From positions 317,750,001 to 317,814,000 of the forward strand of contig OZ024743.1 of assembly GCA_964016885.1 (NCBI GenBank): DNA of 64,000 bases. Direction: 5' to 3'. Below the pieces are notes generated by a model that worked only from the letters and a program-made list of their open reading frames with translations, made no database searches and had not been told where the DNA came from. Source of the stretch: Eledone cirrhosa. Its lineage: Eukaryota. Positions 1 to 17,804 of the stretch are shown here, piece by piece. The stretch's first letter is position 1. The number at the start of each line of letters is the position of its first letter. Both the position numbers and the translations under genes were made by a program.

Positions 1-839
1 CATATATGACAAAAAACATTATATGACAAAAAACATATAACAAAAAATATTATATATGACATAAAACATTATATATGACAAAAAACATTATATGACAAAA
101 AACATGAGAAAAAACATTATATATGACAAAAAACATATATGACAAAAAACATGACAAACATTATATATGACAAAAAACATTATATGACAAAAAACATGAC
201 AAAAAACATATATGACAAAAAACATATATGACAAAAAACATTATATATGACAAAAAACATTATATGACAAAAAACATGACAAAAAACATTATATGACAGA
301 AAACATTATATATGACAAAAAACATTATATGACAAAAAACATTATATGACAAAAACATTCTATATGACAAAAAACATTATATATGACAAAAAACATATGA
401 CAAAAAACATTATATGACAAATAACATTATATATGACATAAAACATTATATGACAAAAAACATTATATAACAAAAAACATTATATAACAAAAAACATTAT
501 ATATGACATAAAACATTATATATGACAAAAAACATTATATGACAAAAAACATGAGAAAAAACATTATATATGACAAAAAACATTATGACAAAAAACATAT
601 GACAAAAAACACTATATGACAAAAAACATCATATATGACAAAAAACATTATATGACAAAAAACATATATGACAAAAACATTATATATGACAAAGAACATT
701 ATATATGACAAAAAACATTATATATGACAAAAAACATTATATGACAAAAAACATGATATATGACAAAAAACATGACAAAAAACATTATATGACAAAAACA
801 TATATGACAAAAAACATATGACAAACATTATATATGACA

Positions 840-1026
840 TTGCGGTGGATTGGCAGTATCGGTAGAGGGTCTGACGCTATGCTTTGCAGCAAAGAGTTAC
901 GCCCCTTTATGGTTCGAGTTCAAATCCCGCCGAGCTTAACTTTGCCTTTCATCCTTACGGGGTCGATAAAATAAAGTACCAGTAATGCACTGGATAATTG
1001 CTGGCCTTATGCCAAAAGTAGAAACA
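840..1026 (+). mobile_element. tRNA-derived SINE family A (Meta-domain-like centre), copy 1 in the satellite
   Basis: A-box-like TGGCAGTATCGGTAGA, B-box GAGTTCAAATCC, central GCCTTTCATCCTTACGGGGTCGATAAAATAAAGTACC, 13-bp TSD ATTATATATGACA (827-839 / 1027-1039). Confidence 0.9.
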
Positions 1027-4000
1027 ATTATATATGACAAAAAACATTATATGACAAAAAACATTATGACAAAAAACATTATATATGACAAAAAACATTA
1101 TATGACAAAACATTATATATGACAAAAAATATATGACAAACACATTATATATGACAACAAACATTATATGACAAAAAACATATGACAAAAAACATTATAT
1201 ATGACAAAAAACATTATATGACAAAAAAATATGACAAAAAACCTATATCACAAAAAACATATGACAAAAAACATATATGACAAAAAACATTATATATGAC
1301 AAAAAACACTATGACAAAAAACATTATGACAAAAAACATGTATGACAAAAACATTATACATGACAAAAAACATTATATATGACAAAAAACATTATATGAC
1401 AAAAAACATTATATATGACAAAAAACATTATATGACAAAAAACATATATGACAAAAAACATGACAAAAAACATTATATGACAAAAAACATGACAAACACA
1501 TTATATATGACAACAAACATTATATGACAAAAAACATTATGACAAAAAATATTATATATGACAAAAAACATATGACAAAAAACATGACAAAAAACATATA
1601 ACAAAAAACATTATATATGACAAAAACATTGTATGACAAAAAACACTATATGACAAAAAACATTATATATGACAAAAAACATTATGATAAAAACATATAT
1701 GACAAAAAAGATTATATATGACAAAAAACATTATATATGACAGAAAACATTATATGACAAAAAACATTATATGACAAAAAACATTCTATATGACAAAAAA
1801 CATTATATGACAAAAACATTATATATGACAAAAAACATGACAAAAAACATTATATGATAAAAAACATTATATATGACAAAAAACATTATATGCCAAAATA
1901 ATATATGACAAAAAACATGACTAACACATTATATATGACAACAAACATTATATGACAAAAAACATTATGACAAAACATTATATATGACGAAAAACATTAT
2001 ATGACAAAAAACATTACATATGACAAAAAACATTATATGACAAAAAACATTATATATGACAAACATTATATGACAAAAAACATATATGACAAAAAACATT
2101 ATATGACAAAAACATTATATAACAAAAAACATTATATGACAAAAAACATTATATATGACAAAAAACATGACAAAAAACATTATATATGACAAAACATTAT
2201 ATGACAAAAAACATTATATATGACAAAAAACATATGACAAAAAACATTATATATGACAAAAAACATTATATGACAAAAAACATATGACAATAAACATATA
2301 TGACAAAAAACATGACAAAAAACATTATATGACAAAAAACATATATGACACAAAACATATGACAAACACATTATATATGACAAAAAACATTATATGACAA
2401 AAAACATGACAAAAAACATGACAAAAAACATATGACAAAAAACATATATGACAAAAAACACTATATGACAAAAAACATTATACATGACAAAAAACATTAT
2501 ATATGACAAAAAACATTATATGACAAAAAACATTCTATATGACAAAAAACATTATATGACGAAAAACATTATATATGACAAACATTATATGACAAAAAAC
2601 ATATATGACAAAAAACATTATATGACAAAAACATTATATGACAAAAAACATTATATGACAAAAAACATTATATATGACAAAAAACATGACAAAAAACATT
2701 ATATATGACAAAACATTATATGACAAAAAACATTATATATGACAAAAAACATTACATGACAAAACATTATATATGACAAAAAACATGACAATAAACATTA
2801 TATGACAAAAAACATTATATATGACAAAAAACATATGACAAAAAACATATATGACAAAAAACATGACAAAAAACATTATATGATAAAAAACATATATGAC
2901 AAAAAACATTATATGACAAAAAACATATGACAAAAAACATATGACAAACACTTTATATATGACAACAAACATTATATGACAAAAAACATTATGACAAAAC
3001 ATTATATATGACAAAAAACATTATATGACAAAAAACATTATTTATGACAAAAAACATTATATGACAAAAAACATTATATATGACAAACATTATATGACAA
3101 AAACACTATATGACAAAAAACATTATATATGACAAAAAACATTATATGACAAAAAACATGACAAAAAACATATGACAAAAAACATTATATGACAAAAAAC
3201 ATTAGATATGACAAAAAACATTATATGACAAAAAACATATGACAAAAACATTCTATATGACAAAAAACATTATATATGACAAAAAACATATGACAAAAAA
3301 CATTATATGACAAATAACATTATATATGACATAAAACATTATATGACAAAAAACATTACATGACAAAAAACATAACAAAAAATATTATATATGACATAAA
3401 ACATTATATATGACAAAAAACATTATATGACAAAAAACATGAGAAAAAACATTATATATGACAAAAAACATATATGACAAAAAACATGACAAACATTATA
3501 TATGACAAAAAACATTATATGACAAAAAACATGACAAAAAACATATATGACAAAAAACATTATATATGACAAAAAACATATATGACAAAAAACATTATGA
3601 CAAAAAACATATAACAAAAAATATTATATATGACATAAAACATTATATATGACAAAAAACATTATATGACAAAAAACATGAGAAAAAACATTATATATGA
3701 CAAAAAGCATATATGCCAAAAAACATGACAAACATTATATATGACAAAAAACAATATATGACAAAAAACATGACAAAAAACATATATGACAAAAAACATA
3801 TATGACAAAAAACATTATATATGACAAAAAACATTATATGACAAAAAACATGACAAAAAACATTATATGACAGAAAACATTATATATGACAAAAAACATT
3901 ATATGACAAAAAACATTATATGACAAAAACATTCTATATGACAAAAAACATTATATATGACAAAAAACATATGACAAAAAACATTATATGACAAATAACA

Positions 4001-4377
4001 TTATATATGACATAAAACATTATATGACAAAAAACATTATATAACAAAAAACATTATATAACAAAAAACATTATATATGACAAAAAACATTATATGACAA
4101 AAAACATGAGAAAAAACATTATATATGACAAAAAACATTATGACAAAAAACATATGACAAAAAACACTATATGACAAAAAACATCATATATGACAAAAAA
4201 CATTATATGACAAAAAACATATATGACAAAAACATTATATATGACAAAGAACATTATATATGACAAAAAACATTATATATGACAAAAAACATGATATATG
4301 ACAAAAAACATGACAAAAAACATTATATGACAAAAACATATATGACAAAAAACATATGACAAACATTATATATGACA

Positions 4378-4564
4378 TTGCGGTGGATTGGCAGTATCGG
4401 TAGAGGGTCTGACGCTATGCTTTGCAGCAAAGAGTTACGCCCCTTTATGGTTCGAGTTCAAATCCCGCCGAGCTTAACTTTGCCTTTCATCCTTACGGGG
4501 TCGATAAAATAAAGTACCAGTAATGCACTGGATAATTGCTGGCCTTATGCCAAAAGTAGAAACA
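4378..4564 (+). mobile_element. SINE family A, copy 2 (segmental duplicate of copy 1)
   Basis: Same sequence and same satellite flanks as 840-1026, offset 3538 bp. Confidence 0.9.
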
Positions 4565-7500
4565 ATTATATATGACAAAAAACATTATATGACAAAAAAC
4601 ATTATGACAAAAAACATTATATATGACAAAAAACATTATATGACAAAACATTATATATGACAAAAAATATATGACAAACACATTATATATGACAACAAAC
4701 ATTATATGACAAAAAACATATGACAAAAAACATTATATATGACAAAAAACATTATATGACAAAAAAATATGACAAAAAACCTATATCACAAAAAACATAT
4801 GACAAAAAACATATATGACAAAAAACATTATATATGACAAAAAACACTATGACAAAAAACATTATGACAAAAAACATGTATGACAAAAACATTATACATG
4901 ACAAAAAACATTATATATGACAAAAAACATTATATGACAAAAAACATTATATATGACAAAAAACATTATATGACAAAAAACATATATGACAAAAAACATG
5001 ACAAAAAACATTATATGACAAAAAACATATATGACAAAAAACATGACAAACACATTATATATGACAACAAACATTATATGACAAAAAACATTATGACAAA
5101 AAATATTATATATGACAAAAAACATATGACAAAAAACATGACAAAAAACATATAACAAAAAACATTATATATGACAAAAACATTGTATGACAAAAAACAC
5201 TATATGACAAAAAACATTATATATGACAAAAAACATTATGATAAAAAACATATATGACAAAAAAGATTATATATGACAAAAAACATTATATATGACAGAA
5301 AACATTATATGACAAAAAACATTATATGACAAAAAACATTCTATATGACAAAAAACATTATATGACAAAAACATTATATATGACAAAAAACATGACAAAA
5401 AACATTATATGATAAAAAACATTATATATGACAAAAAACATTATATGCCAAAATAATATATGACAAAAAACATGACTAACACATTATATATGACAACAAA
5501 CATTATATGACAAAAAACATTATGACAAAACATTATATATGACGAAAAACATTATATGACAAAAAACATTACATATGACAAAAAACATTATATGACAAAA
5601 AACATTATATATGACAAACATTATATGACAAAAAACATATATGACAAAAAACATTATATGACAAAAACATTATATAACAAAAAACATTATATGACAAAAA
5701 ACATTATATATGACAAAAAACATGACAAAAAACATTATATATGACAAAACATTATATGACAAAAAACATTATATATGACAAAAAACATATGACAAAAAAC
5801 ATTATATATGACAAAAAACATTATATGACAAAAAACATATGACAATAAACATATATGAGAAAAAACATGACAAAAAACATTATATGACAAAAAACATATA
5901 TGACAAAAAACATATGACAAACACATTATATATGACAAAAAACATGACAAAAAATATGACAAAAAACATATGACAAAAAACATATATGACAAAAAACACT
6001 ATATGACAAAAAACATTATATATGACAAAAAACATTATATGACAAAAAACATATGACAAAAAACATGACAAAAAACATTATATGACAAAAAACATTATAT
6101 ATGACAAAAAACATTATATGACAAAAAACATTATATGACAAAAACATTCTATATGACAAAAAACATTATATATGACAAAAAACATTGTGATAAAAAACAT
6201 ATATGACAAAAAACATTATATATGACAAAAAACATTATATATGACAGAAAACATTATATGACAAAAAACATATAACAAAAAACATTATATATGACAAAAA
6301 CATTGTATGACAAAAAACACTATATGACAAAAAACATTATATATGACAAAAAACATTATGATAAAAAACATATATGACAAAAAACATTATATATGACAAA
6401 AACATTATATATGACAGAAAACATTATATGACAAAAAACATTATATGACAAAAAACATTCTATATGACAAAAAACATATGACAAAAACATTATATATGAC
6501 AAAAAACATGACAAAAAACATTATATGATAAAAAACATTATATATGACAAAAAACATTATATGACAAAAAACATATATGACAAAAAACATATGACAAACA
6601 TTATATATGACAACAAACATTATATGACAAAAAACATTACGACAAAACATTATATATGACAAAAAACATTATATGACAAAAAACATTATATATGACAAAA
6701 AACATTATATGACGAAAAACATATATGACAAACATTATATGACAAAAAACATATATGACAAAAACATTATATGACAAAAAACATTATATGACAAAAAACA
6801 TTATATATGACAAAAAACATGACAAAAAACATTATATATGACAAAACATTATATGACAAAAAACATATATGACAAACACTTTATATATGACAACAAACAT
6901 TATATGACAAAAAACATTATGACAAAACATTATATATGACAAAAAACATTATATATGACAAACATTATATGACAAAAAACATATATGACAAAAAACATTA
7001 TATGACAAAAACATTATATAACAAAAAACATTATATGACAAAAAACATTATATATGACAAAAAACATGACAAAAACATTATATATGACAAAACATTATAT
7101 GACAAAAAACATTATATATGACAAAAAACATGACAAAAAACATTATATATGACAAAAAACATTATATGACAAAAAACATATGACAATAAACATATATGAC
7201 AAAAAACATGACAAAAAACATTATATGACAAAAAACATATATGACAAAAAACATATGACAAACACATTATATATGACAAAAAACATTATATGACAAAAAA
7301 CATGACAAAAAACATATATGACAAAAAACATATATGACAAAAAACATTATATATGACAAAAAACATTATATGACAAAAAACATATGACAAAAAACATGAC
7401 AAAAAACATTATATGACAAAAAACATTATATATGACAAAAAACATTATATGACAAAAAACATTATATGACAAAAACATTCTATATGACAAAAAACATTAT

Positions 7501-10500
7501 ATATGACAAAAAACATTATGATAAAAAACATATATGACAAAAAACATTATATATGACAAAAAACATTATATATGACAGAAAACATTATATGACAAAAAAC
7601 ATTATATGACAAAAAACATTCTATATGACAAAAAACATTATATGACAAAAACATTATATATGACAAAAAACATGACAAAAAACATTATATGATAAAAAAC
7701 ATTATATATGACAAAAAACATTATATGACAAAAAACATATATGACAAAAAACATATGACAAACATTATATATGACAACAAACATTATATGACAAAAAACA
7801 TTACGACAAAACATTATATATGACAAAAAACATTATATGACAAAAAACATTATATATGACAAAAAACATTATATGACGAAAAACATATATGACAAACATT
7901 ATATGACAAAAAACATATGACAAAACACATTATATGACAAAAACATTATATGACAAAAAACATTATATGACAAAAAACATTATATATGACAAAAAACATG
8001 ACAAAAAACATTATATATGACAAAACATTATATGACAAAAAACATTATATGACAAAAAACATATATGACAAAAAACATATGACAAACACTTTATATATGA
8101 CAACAAACATTATATGACAAAAAACATTATGACAAAACATTATATATGACAAAAAATATTATATGACAAAAAACATTATATATGACAAAAAACATTATAT
8201 GACAAAAAACATTATATATGACAAACATTATATGACAAAAAACACTATATAACAAAAAACATTATATATGACAAAAAACATTATATGACAAAAAACATAT
8301 GACAAAAAACATTATATGACAAAAAACATTATATATGACAAAAAACATTATATGACAAAAAACATTATATGACAAAAACATTCTATATGACAAAAAACAT
8401 TATATATGACAAAAAACATGTCAAAAAACATTATATGACAAATAACATTATATATGACATAAAACATTATATGACAAAAAACATGACAAAAAACATATAT
8501 GACAAAAAACATATATGACAAAAACATTATATATGACAAAAAACATATATGACAAAAAACATTATATGACAAAAAACATTATATAACAAAAAACATTATA
8601 TATGACATAAAACATTATATATGACAAAAAACATTATATGACAAAAAAACATGAGAATAAACATTATATATGACAAAAAACATTATGACAAAAAACATAT
8701 GACAAAAAACATATGACAAAAAACATATAACAAAAAACATATATGACAAAAACATTGTATGACAAAAAACACTATATGACAAAAAACATTATATATGACA
8801 AAAAACATGATAAAAAACATATATGACAAAAAACATTATATATGACAAAAAACATTATATATGACAGAAAACATTATATGACAAAAAACATTCTATATGA
8901 CAAAAAACATTATATGACAAAAACATTATATATGACAAAAAACATGACAAAAAACATTATATGATGAAAAACATTATATATGACAAAAAACATTATATGA
9001 CAAAAAACATATATGACAAAAAACATATGACAAACACATTATATATGACAACAAACATTATATGACAAAAAACATTATGACAAAACATTATATATGACAA
9101 AAAACATATGACAAAAAACATTATATATGCCAAACATTATATGACAAAAAACATATATGACAAAAAACATTATATGACAAAAAACATTATATATGACAAA
9201 AAACATGACAAAAAACATTATATATGACAAAACATTATATGACAAAAAACATTATATATGACAAAAAACATTATATGACAAAACATTATATATGACAAAA
9301 AACATGACAAACATTATATGACAAAAAACATTATATATGACAAAAAACATACATGACAAAAAATATTATATGATAAAAAACATATGACAAAAAACATTAT
9401 ATGACAAAAAACATATATGACAAAAAACATATGACAAACATTATATATGACAACAAACATTATATGACAAAAAACATTATATATGACAAAAAACATTATA
9501 TGACAAAAAACATTATATATGACAAACATTATATGACAAAAAACACTATGACAAAAAACATTATATATGACAAAAAACATTATATGACAAAAAACATATG
9601 ACAAAAAACATTATATGACCAAAAAATTATATATGACAAAAAACATTATATGACAAAAAACATTATGACAAAAACATTCTATATGACAAATAACATTATA
9701 TATGACAAAAAACATGACAAAAAACATTATATGACAAATAACATTATATATGACATAAAACATTATATGACAAAAAACATTATATGACAAAAAACATGAC
9801 AAAAAACATATATGACAAAAAACATATATGACAAAAAACATTATATGACAAAAAACATTATATAACAAAAAACATTATATATGACATAAAACATTATATA
9901 TGACAAAAAACATTATATGACAAAAAACATGAGAAAAAACATTATATATGACAAAAAACATTATGACAAAAAACATGACAAAAAACACTATATGACAAAA
10001 AACATATATGACAAAAAACATTATATGACAAAAAACATATATGACAAAAAACATTATATATGACAAAAAACATTATATAACAAAAAACATTATATATGAC
10101 AAAAAACATGACAAAAAACATTATATATGACAAAAAACATATATGACAAAAAACATATATGACAAAAAACATTATATGACAAAAAACATATATGACAAAA
10201 AACATGACAAAAAACATTATATGACAAAAAACATATATGACAAAAACATTATATATGACAAAAAACATGACAAAAAACATAATATGATAAAAAACATTAT
10301 ATATGACAAAAAACATATGACAAAAAACATTATATATGACAAAAAACATATGACAAAAAACATTATATGACAAAAAACATTCTATATGACAAAAAACATA
10401 TGGCAAAAAACATTATATATGACAAAACATTATATGACAAAAAACATTATATATGACAAAAAACATTATATGACAAAACATTATATATGACAAAAAACAT

Positions 10501-13500
10501 GACAATAAACATTATATGACAAAAACCATTATATATGACAAAAAACATATGACAAAAAACATATATGACAAAAAACATGACAAAAAACATTATATATGAC
10601 AAAAACATTATATATGACAAAAAACATATGTCAAAAACATATATGACAAAAAACGTATGACAAACATTATGACAAACATTATATATGACAAAAAACATAT
10701 GACAAAACACATTATATATGACAAAAAACATTATATATGACAAAAAACATTATATATGACAAAAAACATTATATGACAAAAAACATGACAAAAAACATTA
10801 TATGACAAAAAACATATATGACAAAAAACATTATATGATAAAAAACATATTACAAAAAACATTATATGACAAAAAACATTCTATATGACAAAAAACATTA
10901 TATGACAAAAAACATTATATATGACAAAAAACATTATATGACAAAAAACATTATATGACAAAAAACATATGACAAAAAACATATATGACAAAAAACATTA
11001 TATATGACAAAACATTATATGACAAAAAACATTATATATGACAAAAAACATTATATATGACAAAAGACATTGTATGACAAAAAACATTGTATGACAAAAA
11101 ACATTGTATGACAAAAAACATTATATGACAAAAAACATATATGACAAAAAACATTATATATGACAGAAAACATTATATGACAAAAAACATTATATGACAA
11201 AAAACATTCTATATGACAAAAAACATTATATGACAAAAACATTATATATGACAAAAAACATGACAAAAAACATTATATGATAAAAAACATTATATATGAC
11301 AAAAAACATATGACAAAAAACATTATATGACAAAAAACATTCTATATGACAAAAAACATATGGCAAAAAACATTATATATGACAAAACATTATATATGAC
11401 AAAAAACATTATATTACAAAACATTATATATGACAAAAAACATGACAATAAACATTATATGACAAAAACCATTATATATGACAAAAAACATATATGACAA
11501 AAAACATTATATATGACAAAAACATTATATATGACAAAAAACATATGTCAAAAACATATATGACAAAAAACATATGACAAACATTATATATGACAAAAAA
11601 CATATGACAAAACACATTATATATGACAAAAACATTATATATGACAAAAAACATTATATATGACAAAAAACATTATATGACAAAAAACATGACAAAAAAC
11701 ATTATATGACAAAAAACATATATGACAAAAAACATTATATGACAAAAAACATATATGACAAAAAACATGACAAAACATTATATATGACAAAAAACATTAT
11801 ATGACAAAAAAATTATATATGACAAAAAACATATGACAAAAAACATTATATATGACAAACATTATATGACAAAAAACATTTTATATGACAAAAAACATGA
11901 CAAAAAACATTATATGACAAAAAACATTATATATGACAAAAAACATTATATGACAAAAAACATATGACAAAAACATTCTATATGACAAAAAACATTATAT
12001 ATGACAAAAAACATGACAAAAAACATTATATGACAAATAACATTATATATGACATAAAACATTATATGACAAAAAACATTATATGACAAAAAACATGACA
12101 AAAAACATATATGACAAAAAACATATATGACAAAAAACATATATGACAAAAACATTATATATGACAAAAAACATATATGACAAAAAACATTATATGACAA
12201 AAAACATATAACAAAAAACATTATATATGACATAAAACATTATATATGACAAAAAACATTATATGACAAAAAACATGAGAAAAAACATTATATATGACAA
12301 AAAACATTATGACAAAAAACATATAACAAAAAACATTATATATGACAAAAACATTGTATGACAAAAAACACTATATGACAAAAAACATTATATGACAAAA
12401 AACATTATATATGACAAAAAACATTATGATAAAAAACATATATGACAAAAAACATTATATATGACAAAAAACATTATATATGACAGAAAACATTATATGA
12501 CAAAAAACATTATATGACAAAAAACATTCTATATGACAAAAACATTATAGGACAAAAACATTATATATGACAAAAAACATGACAAAAAACATTATATGAT
12601 AAAAAACATTATATATGACAAAAAACATATATGACAAAAAACATATGACAAACACATTATATGACAAAAAACATTATGACAAAACATTATATATGACAAA
12701 AAACATATGACAAAAAACATTATATATGACAAACATTATATGACAAAAAACATATATGACAAAAAACATTATATGACAAAAACATTATATGACAAAAAAC
12801 ATTATATATGACAAAAAACATGACAAAAAACATTATATATGACAAAACATTATATGACAAAAAACATTATATATGACAAAAAACATTATATGACAAAACA
12901 TTATATATGACAAAAAACATGACAAACATTATATGACAAAAAACATTATATATGACAAAAAACATATGACAAAAACATATATGACAAAAAACATGACGAA
13001 AAATATTGTATGATAAAAAACATGACAAAAAACATTATATGACAAAAAACATATATGACAAAAAACATATGACAAACACTTTATATATGACAACAAACAT
13101 TATATGACAAAAAACATTATGACAAAACATTATATATGACAAAAAACATTATATGACAAAAAACATTATATATGACAAAAAACATTATATGACAAAAAAC
13201 ATTATATATGACAAACATTATATGACAAAAAACACTATATGACAAAAAACATTATATATGACAAAAAACATTATATGACAAAAACATTCTATATGACAAA
13301 AAACATTATATATGACAAAAAACATGACAAAAAACATTATATGACAAAAAACATGACAAAAAACATATATGACAAAAAACATATATGACAAAAAACATTA
13401 TATATGACAAAAACATTATATATGACAAAAAACATATATGACAAAAAACATTATATGACAAAAAACATGAGAAAAAACATTATATATGACAAAAAACATT

Positions 13501-14899
13501 ATGACAAAAAACATGACAAAAAACACTATATGACAAAAAACATCATATATGACAAAAAACATTATATGACAAAAAACATATATGACAAAAAACGTTATAT
13601 ATGACAAAAAACATTATATATGACACAATATATGACAAAAAACATTATATATGACAAAAAACATTATATGACAAAAAACATATATGACAAAAAACATGAC
13701 AAAAAACATTATATGACAAAAACATATATGACAAAAAACATATGACAAACATTATATATGACAAAAAACATTATGACAAAACATTATATATGACAAAAAA
13801 TATATGACAAACATTATATATGACAACAAACATTATATGACAAAAAACATATGACAAAAAACATTATATATGACAAAAACATTATATGACAAAAAACATA
13901 TGATAAAAAACATATATGACAAAAACATTATATATGACAAAAAACATATGACAAAAAACATATATGACAAAAAACATTATATATGACAAAAAACACTATG
14001 ACAAAAAACATTATATGACAAAAAACATATATGACAAAAAACATTATATATGACAAAAAACATTATATGACAAAAAACATTATATGACAAAAAACATGGC
14101 AAAAAACATTATATGACAAAAAACATTATATATGACAAAAGACATTGTATGACAAAAAACATTGTATGACAAAAAACATTATATATGACAAAAAACATTA
14201 TATGACAAAAAAACATATATGACAAAAAACATGACAAAAAACATTATATATGACAAAAAACATTATATGACAAAAAACATATGAGAAAAAACATTATATA
14301 TGACAAAAAACATTTTATATGACAAAAAACATTTTATATGACAAAAAACATTATATGACAAAAAACATTATATGACAAAAAACATATATGACAAAAAACA
14401 CTATATGACAAAAAACATTATATATGACAAAAAACATTATATGACAAAAACATTCTATATGACAAAAAACATTATATATGACAAAAAACATATGACAAAA
14501 AACATTAATATGACAAATAACATTATATATGACATAAAACATTATATGACAAAAAACATTATATAACAAAAAACATTATATATGACATAAAACATTATAT
14601 ATGACAAAAAACATTATATGACAAAAAACATGAGAAAAAACATTATATATGACAAAAAACATCATGACAAAAAACATATGACAAAAAACATCATATATGA
14701 CAAAAAACATTATATGACAAAAAACATATATGACAAAAAACATTATATATGACAAAAAACATTATATATGACAAAAAACATATATGACAAAAAACATTAT
14801 ATGACAAAAAACATGATATATGACAAAAAACATGACAAAAAACATTATATGACAAAAACATATATGACAAAAAACATATGACAAACATTATATATGACA

Positions 14900-15086
14900 T
14901 TGCGGTGGATTGGCAGTATCGGTAGAGGGTCTGACGCTATGCTTTGCAGCAAAGAGTTACGCCCCTTTATGGTTTGAGTTCAAATCCCGCCGAGGTTAAC
15001 TTTGCCTTTCATCCTTACGGGGTCGATAAAATAAAGTACCAGTAATGCACTGGATAATTGCTGGCCTTATGCCAAAAGTAGAAACA
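14900..15086 (+). mobile_element. SINE family A, copy 3 (same insertion junctions, 2 substitutions)
   Basis: Same junctions; ggtttgag and gaggttaac versus ggttcgag and gagcttaac in copies 1 and 2. Confidence 0.9.
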
Positions 15087-16896
15087 ATTATATATGACAA
15101 GAAACATTATATGACAAAAAACATTATGACAAAAAACATTATATATGACAAAAAACATTATATGACAAAACATTATATATGACAAAAAATATATGACAAA
15201 CACATTATATATGACAACAAACATTATATGACAAAAAACATATGACAAAAAACATTATATATGACAAAAAACATTATATGACAAAAAACATATGACAAAA
15301 AACATATATGACAAAAAACATGACAAAAAACATATATGACAAAAAACATTATATATGACAAAAAACACTATATGACAAAAAACATTATATGACAAAAAAC
15401 ATGTATGACAAAAACATTATATATGACAAAAAACATTATATATGACAAAAAACATTGTATATGACAAAAAACATTATATGACAAAAAACATTCTATATGA
15501 CAAAAAACATATGGCAAAAAACATTATATATGACAAAACATTATATGACAAAAAACATTATATATGACAAAAGACATTGTATGACAAAAAACATTGTATG
15601 ACAAAAAACATGATATATGACAAAAAACATTATATGACAAAAAAACATATATGACAAAAAACATTATATGACAAAAAACATTATATAACAAAAAACATTA
15701 TATATGACAAAAAACATTATATGACAAAAAATATATGACAAAAAACATTATATATGACAAAAAACATTATATGACAAAAAACATATATGACAAAAAACAT
15801 TATATATGACAAAAAACATTATATGACAAAAAACATTATGTATGACAAAAAACATTATATGACAAAAAACATATATGACAAAAAACATGACAAAAAACAT
15901 TATATGACAAAAAACATATATGACAAAAAACATATGACAAACACATTATATATGACAAAAAACATGACAAAAAACATATATGACAAAAAACATTATATAT
16001 GACAAAAAACACTATATGACAAAAAACATGACAAAAAACATTATATGACAAAAAACATTATATATGACAAAAAACATTATATGACAAAAAACATTATATG
16101 ACAAAAACATTCTATATGACAAAAAAACATTATATATGACAAAAAACATATGACAAAAAACATTATATGACAAATAACATTATATATGACATAAAACATT
16201 ATATGACAAAAAACATTATATGACAAAAAACATGACAAAAAACATATATGACAAAAAACATTATATATGACAAAAACATTATATATGACAAAAAACATAT
16301 ATGACAAAAAACATTATATGACAAAAACATTATATAACAAAAAACATTATATATGACATAAAACATTTATGACAAAAAACATTATATGACAAAAAACATG
16401 AGAAAAAACATTATATATGACAAAAAACATTATGACAAAAAACATTATGACAAAAAACACTATATGACAAAAAACATCATATATGACAAAAAACATTATA
16501 TGACAAAAAACATTATATATGACACAATATATGACAAAAAACATTATATATGACAAAAAACATTATATGACAAAAAACATTATATGACAAAAAACATTAT
16601 ATATGACAAAAAACATGACAAAAAACATTATATGACAAAAACATATATGACAAAAAACATATGACAAACATTATATATGACAAGAAACATTATATGACAA
16701 AAAACATTATGACAAAAAACATTATATATGACAAAAAACATTATATGACAAAACATTATATATGACAAAAAACATATGACAAAAACATTATATGACAAAA
16801 AACATGACAAAAAACATATATGACAAAAAACATATATGACAAAAAACATTATATATGACAAAAAACATATGACAAAAAATTATATGACAAAAACAT

Positions 16897-17804
16897 CTAT
16901 CTATCTAGGGCTGGTAAAATACCCGAGATCCATGGACGAGTTCTCTCCCGCGGTCTCTGTCCCTCATTATCACTACCATGTCCTGCGTCTCCAACAGACC
17001 AGTGTCTATCCTTAGGGCATCAACATACGTTAACCTTGGTCTTCCTCTTCCAGTGTTTCCATGTAGGGGCTCCCACAGGAGCACTGAATGTAATGTCAAC
17101 TCTGGATGTCGGTGAGCATGTCCAGCTAACCTCAGTCTCCTCTGTGTCACTTTTGAGCTGACCTTTGGGAGGCTCCCATACAGCTCTGAGTTTTTCATCC
17201 TCAGTGTATACTGATTAATGTTCAGAGCCATCCTCAGCATTCTCGTGTAGCACCCATCCACCATCTGAGTGAGTTTCTTGGTCAGTGTCCAAGTCTCAGA
17301 CCCGTACAGCAGCACAGACTCCACTACAGCAATGAAGAGGCGGATTTTCAGGTCTTTACGAAAGTCCGACTTCCACACCGATCTCAAGCTGTGGCACGTC
17401 GCCCAGGCTTTGCTCTTCCTCTCAACCACATCATCTTCCGTATTCCCAATCTTTGCTCCCAAATACAGGAAGCCCTCAACCAATTCTAGCGGCTTGCCGC
17501 CTACATTAGTGATCCCCTCTGGCTTCTCAACATTCTCTACCAGATATTTTGTTTTAGTCTCATTCATTCTCAGCCCCGCACTCATCGACACAGTCTCAAC
17601 CTCCCGCATCACTGTATCTGTCACCAAAACTATGTCGTCGGCAAATTCAGCATCTGATACCTTTTTCGCCTTAACTCTCCTGCTCTGAGCCGGTGCTACA
17701 GTAAAGCCAGAGTCCTGGTGTTTCTCCAGTGCAAGGCGCATACAATAGTCCACTACAATGATAAAAAGGTAGGGAGCCAATGTATCTCCCTGGAGCACTC
17801 CAGC
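16897..17804 (-). mobile_element. 5'-truncated RTE-clade LINE (RT C-terminal part) inserted in the satellite
   Basis: Stop-free ~300 codons: GVLQGDTLAPYLF, EFADD, FLYLG, VESVLLYGSETWTL, RRLRLAGH, GRPR. The stop is followed directly by an (ATAG)n tail. Confidence 0.92.

Noticed and set aside
840-940. tRNA genes suggested by A/B boxes (also at 27418 and elsewhere)
   Set aside because: No complete cloverleaf; they are SINE heads with SINE bodies and TSDs.
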